Source of the DNA: an uncultured Candidatus Peribacteria bacterium | Lineage (GTDB): Bacteria; Patescibacteriota; Gracilibacteria; Peribacterales; Peribacteraceae | DNA length: 64,000 nt | Direction of reading: 5' to 3' | NCBI GenBank assembly: GCA_964403335.1 | Contig: CAYOFI010000004.1 | Span: 36,566-100,565, forward strand | Part shown: positions 49,401-58,751 of the stretch, piece after piece | Position numbering within the stretch: position 1 is the stretch's first letter | How the letters are laid out: each line of letters starts with the position of its first letter | Position numbers and translations under genes: made by a program | Notes under the pieces: model-generated | The model's database searches: none | Seen by the model: only the letters and a program-made list of their open reading frames with translations | Told to the model about the DNA's origin: nothing

Positions 49401-50657
49401 CTACGCCACCCATCCGCCCGCGATGAAGCCGCCGCTCAGGCGGCGCTCCACGGAAAGGCCGATGACGCTCACGATCGCGATGACGATCATGGCGGTATAT
49501 TTCCCCCATGATGACTTCCACCGGACCGATGTGAGCAGATGCGTGAGCGCGAGCACAAGCAAGACGTGCACGGTCAACATGTAGCGAGCCATGCTCGTGA
49601 AATCTTTCTCCAGCAGTCCCGCAATGTACAGATAGAACATCATCGCGCTGCAGAGCAAGAATGGCGCACGCGTGCGCCAGGTGCCGTCGCGCATGCGCAT
49701 GCCGCGGATCGCATCGGTGAGCGTCAATCCGATAAGCATCCAGAGTCCCGTCATCGCGCAGACGATGTTGATCGAGAATTGCGCGTACGGATCCGTCAGC
49801 ACATCCGGAAATCTCCCGAAGGGGATGAGGATGTTTTTGAGGACAATCAGCGGAAACGCGTACTGCGGCGCGATGTCCCAGCCTTCTTTTTGCACCCACA
49901 GGTAGAAATCCCACCGCCCGAAGACGTACGCGCTCAGAAGAAAAAATCCGATGACCCCGCAGAGACTCCCTGCGCCCATCAGCAGATCTCTGCCGATGCC
50001 GCGCGGATCGCGTCGGTCATCGCGCGTGCCGCACGATCGCCGCACCAACGGATACATCGCCAGCGGAATGCCGACGATCCGTGTCGCCGTCAGGAGAATG
50101 CCGTGCAGACCGGCAAGGACGACGCCTTTCGCCTGGGGAACCGCCGACCAAAAAAAGTAGCCCAGCGTACAGGCGAGGAAGGTGGACTCGGCATAGCCGG
50201 AGACCAGATAGAAAGAAGTCGGATAGCAAAAAATGAGCGCCACGGCGGCGATCTGCCACGGTCGTGCGATCTGCAATTGCCGGAGAAGAAGGAGGAGATA
50301 CGTCCAGAACACTACGCTCATCAGCTGCGCGGCCAGCAACAGGGAAGTCTGAACGGAGATGCCCGTTGTCTGCCGGATGATTGACGCGACAAGAGGATAG
50401 CCCGGAAAAAATCCGCCGTTGCTGAACTCCGTCCAGTTCTCCATGGTCCGCGCAGGGTGATTCTTAAAAGGTGTCGCGCGTTTTTCATATCCGTGTTCGG
50501 CTATGTCCGCATACCACACGCTGTCCCACTGAAAGAGTTTTTGGTACGCCGCGCCGATGTGCCCGTCCTCCGGGCCGACCGTGGCCACGGCTACCTGAAG
50601 AAGTGTCAGTCCGATGGCGATACCAAGAAGTAAGCCCATCGCTTTTACGCGTGCCAT
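49401..50657 (-). CDS. GT-C fold membrane glycosyltransferase, PIG-V/mannosyltransferase-like
   Basis: It has at least 10 TM helices and FQWDSVWYADIAEHGYE in the first loop. Confidence 0.55.
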   Translation of the reverse strand: MARVKAMGLLLGIAIGLTLLQVAVATVGPEDGHIGAAYQKLFQWDSVWYADIAEHGYEKRATPFKNHPARTMENWTEFSNGGFFPGYPLVASIIRQTTGISVQTSLLLAAQLMSVVFWTYLLLLLRQLQIARPWQIAAVALIFCYPTSFYLVSGYAESTFLACTLGYFFWSAVPQAKGVVLAGLHGILLTATRIVGIPLAMYPLVRRSCGTRDDRRDPRGIGRDLLMGAGSLCGVIGFFLLSAYVFGRWDFYLWVQKEGWDIAPQYAFPLIVLKNILIPFGRFPDVLTDPYAQFSINIVCAMTGLWMLIGLTLTDAIRGMRMRDGTWRTRAPFLLCSAMMFYLYIAGLLEKDFTSMARYMLTVHVLLVLALTHLLTSVRWKSSWGKYTAMIVIAIVSVIGLSVERRLSGGFIAGGWVA

Positions 50658-50677
50658 GCGGTGACTATACTCCGCAT

Positions 50678-51199
50678 ATGAACACGGCAGTGCCATCGCC
50701 GGTCAGCGAAGGAACGATGACGATCCGCTACGCGATTGGGACATCGTCGCTGGGATTGGTCCTTATTGCCGCCACGGAGAAGGGAATCTGCTGCGTGATG
50801 TTCGGGGATGCCCCCGATGAGCTGGTGAGCGAACTGCGGGATCGTTTTCCGAAGACGGAGATCGTGGAAGGGGATGCGGGTACGGCGGAAGTGATTGAGC
50901 TGATCGAGAGGCCGACGTCGCACATCGATGTCCCACTCGACATCCGCGGCACGCCTTTTCAGACACGTGTCTGGGATGCGCTCCGCCGCATCCCGTTCGG
51001 GCGGACCGCGACGTATGCGGATATCGCCAAAGCCATAGGAGCTCCAACGTCGATGCGTGCGGTCGCTCAGGCCTGTGGTGCCAATCATATCTCCGTGCTC
51101 ATCCCGTGCCATCGCGTCATCCGCACGGATGGATCGCTGTCGGGATACCGGTGGGGGGTAGAGCGGAAGAAGGAGTTGCTGCGGCGGGAAGTCTTTTAG
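50678..51199 (+). CDS. ogt: Methylated-DNA--protein-cysteine methyltransferase
   Basis: GTPFQTRVWDALRRIPFGRTATYADIA...LIPCHRVI active site. Confidence 0.9.
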   Translation: MNTAVPSPVSEGTMTIRYAIGTSSLGLVLIAATEKGICCVMFGDAPDELVSELRDRFPKTEIVEGDAGTAEVIELIERPTSHIDVPLDIRGTPFQTRVWDALRRIPFGRTATYADIAKAIGAPTSMRAVAQACGANHISVLIPCHRVIRTDGSLSGYRWGVERKKELLRREVF

Positions 51200-52212
51200 A
51201 GATTGCTCTGGCTCTTGCGTAACAGGCGGTCAAAATCCGGCGTGGAGACGGCGTCGTAGACCATGCGGGACATATCCCTGATCGCGGCGTTTGCTTTGTC
51301 TTGATCGGGTCCGGAGGTGAGCACGCACAGGATGTATGCCATTTTGGGGTGATAGACGATGCCGCAATCGTGCAGCTGGCCGCCGTCGATGTTCGTGTAT
51401 CCGAATTTGTGCGCCACGCGCAGGTCGCTTGGGACTCCCGCTTGAATGCCTTGGGTGAAGGTGGTTTCCGAAAGAAGTTCGAGCGCAAATTGCGACATGT
51501 CCTTCGATAAATACGACGTGCTGTAGAGCACGCCGAAGAGTTTGGCGTACGCGGATATGGACACATACGTTTCTTTCGATTCCACCATCATGTCCAGGAT
51601 ATCCAAGTCCTGGAACGTGGTGTACGCCGTCTCCTCGGACAGCGCGTTCATTTCGCGCAGCAACACCAGGTAGGAGCGGTTGTCCGAATACTTGATCATC
51701 TTCGTCAGCATGTCGCGGATGGTATAGGGCGTATCCGGCTGGATGGTTTGATCTTCCGAATCCACGTTATCGGTCACGTCCAATTTGCCCGTGAACGAGA
51801 GAGGTTTGTTCAAAATGCCCGGTTCCAGATCCGCGGCATGCAGGAAGAAGATGAGCACGGGAAGCTTCATCAGGCTTGCGGGAAGGAATTTGTCGTATTC
51901 CCCGATGCCGAAACGCGGCCCGTGATCCAAATCCTGGAAATAGACCGAGATATGGCTGAGGGCGCCCGACGCGGTGAGTGCGTCCGTCTTTGCCGTCAGC
52001 GCATCGCGCAGATGTTCGTAGTTCCATTCTCCTTGCGGCAGCGTGCTGCCGCATCTGCGGGCGGGATTGAGCAGACGGTATTTTTCGTTACACGAATTCG
52101 CCTGTCCGACGACGTTTTGAATTCCCCATAGCACGATGCATGCCAATGCCACCACAGAGCTCAGCGCGTAGACGGACCGCAAACGCCTCATGGGCGGTAT
52201 TGTGATGCGCAT
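51196..52212 (-). CDS. Class A beta-lactamase-like serine hydrolase
   Basis: It has SxxK (ASLMK), SDN (YSDNRS) and a KTG-like HKFGYT. A TM/signal anchor is present. An alternative start lies at 52191. Confidence 0.7.
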   Translation of the reverse strand: MRITIPPMRRLRSVYALSSVVALACIVLWGIQNVVGQANSCNEKYRLLNPARRCGSTLPQGEWNYEHLRDALTAKTDALTASGALSHISVYFQDLDHGPRFGIGEYDKFLPASLMKLPVLIFFLHAADLEPGILNKPLSFTGKLDVTDNVDSEDQTIQPDTPYTIRDMLTKMIKYSDNRSYLVLLREMNALSEETAYTTFQDLDILDMMVESKETYVSISAYAKLFGVLYSTSYLSKDMSQFALELLSETTFTQGIQAGVPSDLRVAHKFGYTNIDGGQLHDCGIVYHPKMAYILCVLTSGPDQDKANAAIRDMSRMVYDAVSTPDFDRLLRKSQSNL

Positions 52213-52388
52213 CGCGGTGTGCGTGCAAGGTGCCGTGGAGGAATGTAGGAGGCGCATGCTTGCTATGTCAGGATGGCTTTCTGTTTGCGCTCACGGTCAT
52301 ATAATTTGTTCATTGCAATCGCATCACTGTCACCGTTTTTCGTGTGCGGTCGTCTGTAACTATCCAGACAGCAGTTTCTCTGTCTGGC

Positions 52389-53405
52389 ATGCTCATCTCC
52401 CTCCTCGTACCCTGCTACAACGAAGAACGGTCCATCCGGACATCGGTTCTTTCCTGGCTCAGTCAGTCTCGCCCCCTGGACGAGATCATTGTGGTGGATG
52501 ATGCCAGTACGGACGGCACGCCGGAGATTTTGAAGGAATTCGCGGGACGCATCACCGTGGTGCGGGCGCAGAAAAATTTGGGCAATAAAAGTTTCGCGCA
52601 GGAGTTCGGGTTGCAGTTCGTCAACGGGGACATTTTCATCGTGACGGACGCGGATACCATCTTGCGGGAAGATTTCGTGGAGCGGATCGAAAAAGATTTC
52701 GCCGATCCGACCATCGCCGCCGTGGGAGGGTACCTGAAAAGTCTCAAGTACAACTGGCTCACCCGGTACAGGGCGTTCGAGTACGCCATCGGCCAAAACT
52801 TCCACAAATTGGCGCAAAGCTACATGAACTTCGTGTTCGTGATCCCGGGCGCCGCGGGTGCCTTCCGCACGGATGTCTTCCGGGCGCACTTGCCCTTCGA
52901 TCACGATACCATCGCGGAGGATTTGGACTTCACCTACAAGCTCCACAAACTGGGATACAAGGTGCACTTCAACCGCGAAGCCGTCGCCTACACCCAAGAC
53001 CCGGCGACGCTGTCGTCGTACATCAACCAGTTGCGCCGGTGGTGCGGCGGGGGATGGCAGAATTTGCTGAAACACATCGATATCGTGCTGCGTCCCGCGC
53101 AGGCGCTGGAACTCTCGCTGATGTACATCGAGGGAGTCGTGTTTTCCACTCTTCTCCTGGTGATGCCGTTCATCAATCTGTGGCTGACGCTGGTGTTCGC
53201 GGTGCCGTACTTTTTGTTCGCGTTCGTGTTGAGCGCGCTTGCGGCGTGGAAGGAGCGGCGGCCGGACCTGATGCTCGCGCCGCTTGCCCATGTGTTTTTG
53301 GTGTACGTGAATGCCTTCGTGTTCATGGAGCAATTTATCAAGGAGTTCGTGTTCCGCCGGAAAAACTTGGTGTGGTTTACCCCCGAACGCGTCGCCAACC
53401 TATGA
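52389..53405 (+). CDS. Processive glycosyltransferase family 2 (synthase-like, QxxRW)
   Basis: LVPCYNEE, VVDDASTDGT, VTDADT, QLRRWCGGGWQ and C-terminal TM helices. Confidence 0.88.
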   Translation: MLISLLVPCYNEERSIRTSVLSWLSQSRPLDEIIVVDDASTDGTPEILKEFAGRITVVRAQKNLGNKSFAQEFGLQFVNGDIFIVTDADTILREDFVERIEKDFADPTIAAVGGYLKSLKYNWLTRYRAFEYAIGQNFHKLAQSYMNFVFVIPGAAGAFRTDVFRAHLPFDHDTIAEDLDFTYKLHKLGYKVHFNREAVAYTQDPATLSSYINQLRRWCGGGWQNLLKHIDIVLRPAQALELSLMYIEGVVFSTLLLVMPFINLWLTLVFAVPYFLFAFVLSALAAWKERRPDLMLAPLAHVFLVYVNAFVFMEQFIKEFVFRRKNLVWFTPERVANL

Positions 53406-53551
53406 ACCCCTTCACGCAGCTCATCGGCCTGACGATGCTTGTGCATTTGTTCATCATTCTTGCGAACAAAGCCGCGCAGGGCATGCGCATCGTGCACGCG
53501 CGCATGGCGCGCAAACGCACGGCAAGAGTCCGTCCGTCCTCCGCCCTATGA
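53402..53551 (+). CDS. Small membrane protein (49 aa) translationally coupled on both sides
   Basis: MNPFTQLIGLTMLVHLFIILANKAAQGMRIVHARMARKRTARVRPSSAL. There are ATGA overlaps with the GT2 stop (53402-53405) and with the next start (53548-53551). Confidence 0.45.
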   Translation: MNPFTQLIGLTMLVHLFIILANKAAQGMRIVHARMARKRTARVRPSSAL

Positions 53552-54243
53552 CACCACCGTCTTTCATCGACGGCACGTCCATCGCGATCGAGATTCCGCC
53601 CCGCGTCGCGGCGCCGTCGCGCCTGCGGCCGGGAGACATTCTTCCCCCGGCACAGGAGCCGCTGCAGCGTTTCACGTCGCTTCCGGATATTTTGTCCGGC
53701 GATGTCTGGAGCCCGGACGATCCCGCGAAGGCCGCCATGGCCGTGGCCAAATCCATGGTCAAAAGCAGCTACACGCAAGTGGCGTTGTCTTTGTGCATCA
53801 TCGGATTCGTCACGGCGACCACATGCGTCCTTGGAGGATTGATTCTCTACGCCGGCATCATCGATTCACACGCCAATGTCCGCGTCGTTGCGGCACTGAT
53901 GCGCGGGAATGCCGTCTCACAGACAAGCGTCGCGGCAGCGGCACCCGCTCTGCTTCTCGTTGATCCATCGGATGCTGATGCGGCGGCGATGTTGCCCGCG
54001 GGGTGTGACACCGTATCGTCCGATTCCGGTGCATCCTCTTCATCCCCACGTCAAAATTTTTCGCTGATCGATTTCTTACGTGTGCACAACTTGCCAAACA
54101 GTTTCGAAGACAGATTGGAACTCGCGCGCAAGTATGGCGTCGTTGACTATTCCGGCACATCTCTGCAAAACCGACACCTTCTGTCCATTCTTCAACAAGA
54201 ACTTTTCCTTCAGTGTCACCATCCGGACGCGGGCAGCGTCTAG
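53548..54243 (+). CDS. Hypothetical single-pass membrane protein (231 aa)
   Basis: It has a TM segment VALSLCIIGFVTATTCVLGGLILYAGII. The start is set at the ATG at 53548. Confidence 0.55.
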   Translation: MTPPSFIDGTSIAIEIPPRVAAPSRLRPGDILPPAQEPLQRFTSLPDILSGDVWSPDDPAKAAMAVAKSMVKSSYTQVALSLCIIGFVTATTCVLGGLILYAGIIDSHANVRVVAALMRGNAVSQTSVAAAAPALLLVDPSDADAAAMLPAGCDTVSSDSGASSSSPRQNFSLIDFLRVHNLPNSFEDRLELARKYGVVDYSGTSLQNRHLLSILQQELFLQCHHPDAGSV

Positions 54244-54274
54244 TGGTGTGTTTCTTTCCCCCCTTCCCATTCAT

Positions 54275-55963
54275 ATGCCCAATACATTTTTTACTTCCCG
54301 CTTCGCCACCCGCACCGTCGCGGTGATCGCGTCCGCGGCATGCGTCTTGGCGTCATCGCCGGCGTATGCATTATCCCTGCCGAACGTGCACTTGGATTTG
54401 GATGCAAAACTGCCTCCGTCCATTTTGGCGAATGTGCACATCCCGTCGATCGATCTGGATCTTCCGAACATCGATCTCCCGAAAATTGATTTGCCGAATT
54501 TGAGCGACAAGGCCTGCGGACACATCAATGATGCACTGTCCGGCGTTGATCTGTCCGGACACGCGGACGGAACCATCGATGACTTGTGCGGGGGCTCATC
54601 GTCTTCAGGCGGCAGCAGCTCCGGCGGTTCCAGTTCCGGCGGCGGCGGCAACGGCGGTTCGTCCTCTTCGGGCAATTCGTCGTCTTCCTCCAGCAGCGTG
54701 AACATGGGCAATCTTATCCTCAACGGCGACTTCGAGACGCTGGGCGCGAACGGAGATCCCGCGGGATGGAACAGGGGAGGCTTCGGCAATAACAACCGCG
54801 AGTTCCGCTATCCCGTGGACGGCTTCTCCGGCAAGGGTGCCGAGGTCTTCATGACACAGTGGGCCGACGGCGATGCCAAGTGGTATTTCAATGACGTCAA
54901 CGTCACCCCCGGCGTGCAGTACTCCTACACGAACCGCTACAAGAGCACGGTGCCGTCCTTCGTCACGGTGCAGTACACCTTGGCGGACGGAACGAAATCC
55001 TTCAGCGACATCGGCAACCCCGTTGCCTCCAGCGAGTGGGCGCAGTTCTCCGCGACCATCACGCCGCCGGCTAACACCGTGTCCCTCACGGTATTCCATC
55101 TGATCAAATCGGCAGGATCGCTCTACATTGATTCCTTCGATTTGCATCGCGTGGACACAGGATCGTCGTCCAGCTCATCCAGCACGTCTTCGAGCAGCAC
55201 GTCCTCCAGCTCCAGCAGCTCGACGTCCAGCTCCAGCTCATCCAGCTCCAATGCCTCCAGTTCCAACGTCTTCGATAAAGGCTATGTGACGCTGAACTTT
55301 GATGACGGATGGACGTCCCATCACCGCAACGTCATGCCGATTCTGAACAACGCCGGCATCAAGGGAACGTTCTTTGTCGTCTCCGACGAAGCACAGATGG
55401 CTGAAGATCAGGATTACAACCAGGTCGGTCACTACCTGACGATCAACAAGCTCAAGGAGCTCCAGGCCGCAGGTCATGAAGTGACGGCGCACTCCAAGAC
55501 GCACGCGTCCCTCATCGGACTCTCGGAGAACCAGATGAAGGCCGAGATCGGCGGATCCCGCACGGCTCTGCTCAACAACGGCTTCACGCCCGTCGATACG
55601 TTCGCGTATCCGTTCGGAGACAAGAACGCCGCCGTCATGCAGGTCGTCAAAGACAGCGGATTTGTCGGCGCGCGCGGCGTGAATGGCGGCTACAACACGA
55701 AGGTCACCAACAAGTACGACTTGGAGGTCCAGAACGTGTTGGACGCCACCACCGCTGCCCAGATGAAGGCGTGGATCGACCATGCCGTCCAGACCAAGAC
55801 GTGGCTCAACATCGTCTTCCATGAAGTCGATGCCGCCGCAAACGCTCCCGGCGTCGAGGACTACTCCACGACGACCGGCATCCTCCAGGATGTGGTGAAC
55901 TACCTGAAGACCAACAACATCGCGGTCATCACCACACACCAGGGAATGCAGATGATGCCCTGA
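54275..55963 (+). CDS. Secreted polysaccharide deacetylase (NodB domain) with a CBM-like beta-sandwich and Ser-rich linkers
   Basis: It has a signal peptide, a GS/S linker, LILNGDFE...WNRGGFG (CBM4/9-like), a poly-Ser linker, then YVTLNFDDGW...HEVTAHSKTH...FAYPFG. Confidence 0.85.
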   Translation: MPNTFFTSRFATRTVAVIASAACVLASSPAYALSLPNVHLDLDAKLPPSILANVHIPSIDLDLPNIDLPKIDLPNLSDKACGHINDALSGVDLSGHADGTIDDLCGGSSSSGGSSSGGSSSGGGGNGGSSSSGNSSSSSSSVNMGNLILNGDFETLGANGDPAGWNRGGFGNNNREFRYPVDGFSGKGAEVFMTQWADGDAKWYFNDVNVTPGVQYSYTNRYKSTVPSFVTVQYTLADGTKSFSDIGNPVASSEWAQFSATITPPANTVSLTVFHLIKSAGSLYIDSFDLHRVDTGSSSSSSSTSSSSTSSSSSSSTSSSSSSSSNASSSNVFDKGYVTLNFDDGWTSHHRNVMPILNNAGIKGTFFVVSDEAQMAEDQDYNQVGHYLTINKLKELQAAGHEVTAHSKTHASLIGLSENQMKAEIGGSRTALLNNGFTPVDTFAYPFGDKNAAVMQVVKDSGFVGARGVNGGYNTKVTNKYDLEVQNVLDATTAAQMKAWIDHAVQTKTWLNIVFHEVDAAANAPGVEDYSTTTGILQDVVNYLKTNNIAVITTHQGMQMMP

Positions 55964-56012
55964 TACGGCTTCGCGATGAGAAGTACGAACTTGGCTAAGA
56001 GCATGACACATG

Positions 56013-56038
56013 GCGGCGTAGCGATCTCGCTACGCCGC
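56013..56038. terminator. Bidirectional hairpin between convergent genes
   Basis: gcggcgtagcga-tc-tcgctacgccgc is followed by tattt. Confidence 0.6.
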
Positions 56039-57075
56039 TATTTGATACGTATGGCTTTTTTAAATGCTTCCAATGACGCGTCATCCGACCACACGCGCCA
56101 GTCGCGTTCTTTGTTTTCGTTGAACCAGACCCAGCCCTTCACCTCCGGATATTTGGGAAGCTCCGCGGTCAACGCGTCGGCAATCCAGGCGGCTTTCTTC
56201 GGTCCGTCGGCGCTGGCCATGGAAAAAATATAGATGGGCTTCTTGAACGTCTTCAGTTGCTGCAAGGCGGAGCCGTAGATCTCATCGAACGTCATCCACG
56301 GGTCGCCGAAGTTAAATCCATCCACGCCCACGTAATCCACGAACGCATCTCCGGGGTAATAGTCGGCGATGCGATTGCCCGCGGTATCCGGCACGGAATC
56401 GCCGTTCACGGCCCAGCCGAATTTCACGTTGGGCGTATCGCGGAAGAACTCGCGGATGTAGCGGTACGCGTCGATGTGCTGCGCGGGACTGTTTCCGTTC
56501 TTCGTGCCCGACCACGGGTACCAATCGCCGTTCATTTCCTCGAACGGAATCAAGATGACGGGTCCGCCATATATGCGTGCCTGCTCCGCGAAAGTCTTGA
56601 AATAGATATCCCAGTCACCTCGCAGGATGGCCGCGTACGAGTACCGCGGCTGGTCGATGGATGCGACGTGGTAATCCATGGCCTCCCAGAAGATCACGAG
56701 TGTTTTGTCCTTTGTGGTCTCCGTAAGATGCAGAGGAAATTCGGCATCGTTGCCCCAGTGCACGAACGTGGCGCGGAGCTGCATGGGCATGCCGACCTTG
56801 GCTTCAAACGCCGGTCCTTCCTCCGCTTCCCAACCCACATAGGCACCCCAGAGTTTGGCGGGGGATGATGATGCCGATAATCGTGATGACGTTTTTGTGA
56901 GTGCGGCACACCGCGCTGCAAGCCGCTTCACGCGGTTCGTGAGCGCGGGCCTGCTTTGCAATTTGGCGATACGTGCGCAGTTCACGGGCGCGGCGGCGAA
57001 GGATTCCTGCCACAGCGTACCGATGCCGATAATCATCAGAAGTGTGATGCCGAGGAAGGTGAGGGTGCGGGTCAT
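56038..57075 (-). CDS. Glycoside hydrolase family 26-like (beta-mannanase fold)
   Basis: FVHWGNDAEFPL, IPFEEMNGDWYPWSG, YYPGDAFVDYVGVDGFN. An N-terminal TM anchor is present. The start is set at the ATG at 57075. Confidence 0.65.
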   Translation of the reverse strand: MTRTLTFLGITLLMIIGIGTLWQESFAAAPVNCARIAKLQSRPALTNRVKRLAARCAALTKTSSRLSASSSPAKLWGAYVGWEAEEGPAFEAKVGMPMQLRATFVHWGNDAEFPLHLTETTKDKTLVIFWEAMDYHVASIDQPRYSYAAILRGDWDIYFKTFAEQARIYGGPVILIPFEEMNGDWYPWSGTKNGNSPAQHIDAYRYIREFFRDTPNVKFGWAVNGDSVPDTAGNRIADYYPGDAFVDYVGVDGFNFGDPWMTFDEIYGSALQQLKTFKKPIYIFSMASADGPKKAAWIADALTAELPKYPEVKGWVWFNENKERDWRVWSDDASLEAFKKAIRIK

Positions 57076-57136
57076 GAGAAGAGGATAGAGGGGGCGGTGT
57101 ATTTTTGGCGAATGCATCGTATACTGCCGTGCAACT

Positions 57137-58057
57137 ATGTCGCCCCGCATCATTTTCATCACCGCGTTCGCCGCCATCATTCTCCTGTTCCTGATTGTCG
57201 ATTTAGGAGTGATGAACCGCAGCGCGCACAAGGTGTCGGTCAAGTCCGCTGCCTGGCAGAGCTTGTTTTGGATCGCGGTGTCATTGTTGTTCGCGGGGAG
57301 TTTGTTTCTCTTCTATGACCACACCAAGGCGATTGAATTCCTGAGCGCGTATACGACGGAAAAAATGCTGTCGGTGGATAACCTGTTCGTGATTTTGCTG
57401 ATCTTCAATTATTTCAAGGTCGAGGAGAAATATCAGCACCGCGTGCTGTTCTACGGCATTCTCGGCGCCATTGTCATGCGGGCGCTCTTTATCGGGTTGG
57501 GATCGGTGGTGGTGTCCATGTTCCATTGGATCTTGTACATCTTCGGCGCGATGCTCATCTACGCAGGCATCAAGTTGCTCTTTGAGAAGAAAGAAGAGCA
57601 CGTCGATTTCCGCAACAGCAAGCTCTATAAATTGGCGCACAAGATGTTTCGGTTCACGAGCAACCATCATAACGGGAAATTCATGGTGCGGGAGAACGGC
57701 AAATGGTTCTTCACGTCGCTCTTCCTGGTCATGATCCTTATCGAATGGACGGACCTCATCTTCGCCGTCGATTCCATCCCCGCCGCGTTTGCCATCTCCC
57801 AGGATCCGTTCGTGATCTACACCGCCAACATCTTCGCCATCTTAGGGCTTCGCGCTATGTTCTTCCTGCTGGAAGCCGTCATCCACAAGTTCCACCATCT
57901 CCAAAAGGGCTTGTCGCTGGTGCTGATTGTCATCGGCGGCAAGATGCTCCTGGAGATTTTTCATATCGAGATTTCGTCATTGGTGTCCTTCGTGACGGTC
58001 ATGGCGTGTCTGGGAGGGTCGCTGCTGCTGTCGGTGCTGTTTCCGAAGAAGATCTAA
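57137..58057 (+). CDS. TerC/Alx family integral membrane protein
   Basis: EKMLSVDNLFVILLIF ... TDLIFAVDSIPAAFAISQDPFVIYTANIFAILGLRAMFFLL. Confidence 0.9.
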   Translation: MSPRIIFITAFAAIILLFLIVDLGVMNRSAHKVSVKSAAWQSLFWIAVSLLFAGSLFLFYDHTKAIEFLSAYTTEKMLSVDNLFVILLIFNYFKVEEKYQHRVLFYGILGAIVMRALFIGLGSVVVSMFHWILYIFGAMLIYAGIKLLFEKKEEHVDFRNSKLYKLAHKMFRFTSNHHNGKFMVRENGKWFFTSLFLVMILIEWTDLIFAVDSIPAAFAISQDPFVIYTANIFAILGLRAMFFLLEAVIHKFHHLQKGLSLVLIVIGGKMLLEIFHIEISSLVSFVTVMACLGGSLLLSVLFPKKI

Positions 58058-58062
58058 CGATC

Positions 58063-58545
58063 ATGATTGATGTTGAGTCCATTCGCGCTCTTGTCGCCCC
58101 CGTCGTGATGATTTCTGCGCAGGGGCTTATTTGTTTGGCTCTCTATAACCGTTTGGCGGCTGTGGTCGGCCGCTTGCGGATGTTCTCGCGGGAACAATTC
58201 GACGTGCGTCTGCATGTGGGCGGCACCGCCTCAACACCTCATGATGACGATACGCTCCGCGCGATACAAGCACGTCTGCAGACCTTGGATGATCAGTATG
58301 CGGGTGTTCTCCGCCGGGCAGGGTTGTTGCGTAATGCGTTGATTCTCCTGCAGTCGGGGGTGTTGGCAATGCTCATATGCATTTTGTTTTTGGGTGTCTC
58401 GCTCCTGTTGCCGGGCATGGAATCCTGGTCGCTTGTGCCGTTCTTCATCGGCATCCTCGCCACGGCAAGCGGAATTGCCATATCCATCCACGAACTTGCC
58501 ACCGCCTTGGAGCCTGCCAAAGCGGAACAGAATTCCTTTCGGTAG
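58063..58545 (+). CDS. DUF2721 domain membrane protein
   Basis: ALVAPVVMISAQGLICLALYNRLAAVVGRLRMFSRE... plus two C-terminal TM helices. The ATG at 58063 lies inside the longer tracked ORF. Confidence 0.7.
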   Translation: MIDVESIRALVAPVVMISAQGLICLALYNRLAAVVGRLRMFSREQFDVRLHVGGTASTPHDDDTLRAIQARLQTLDDQYAGVLRRAGLLRNALILLQSGVLAMLICILFLGVSLLLPGMESWSLVPFFIGILATASGIAISIHELATALEPAKAEQNSFR

Positions 58546-58751
58546 CAGTCTGGTATATTGGTAAGTTTGGATATGGAAGTGGCAGCCCCTAGTAGAGACT
58601 ATTCGAACCTTCTGGGAGGAGTCACAAGAGGTATTTGATCTACCTGTTCTTTCTGCATGCTGATGCAATTACACAGCGTCAGATTTCCTTTATTCGTTGT
58701 GAACTTCACACTACGAAAATTGGTTGGGCTGTGGCAAACTATATTTTAACC

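Noticed and set aside
57076-57136. A possible yybP-ykoY (Mn2+) riboswitch upstream of the TerC gene
   Set aside because: Only 61 nt separate the divergent start codons. That is too short for the roughly 100-nt or longer riboswitch, and I see none of its conserved motifs.
57703-58062. N-terminal extension of the tracked 280-aa ORF (57703-58545), and similar extensions at 53311-53547, 54080-54274 and 35968-36105
   Set aside because: The extensions overlap the preceding genes out of frame and lack protein-like sequence. Internal ATGs give products that start at recognisable N-termini or signal peptides.
58590-58610. GGTTCGAAT (minus strand) at the island border, considered as a tRNA T-arm or att site
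   Set aside because: The flanking bases do not form a T-stem (GAAGG versus AGTCT), and no acceptor stem can be drawn. I do not accept it as a tRNA or tRNA fragment.
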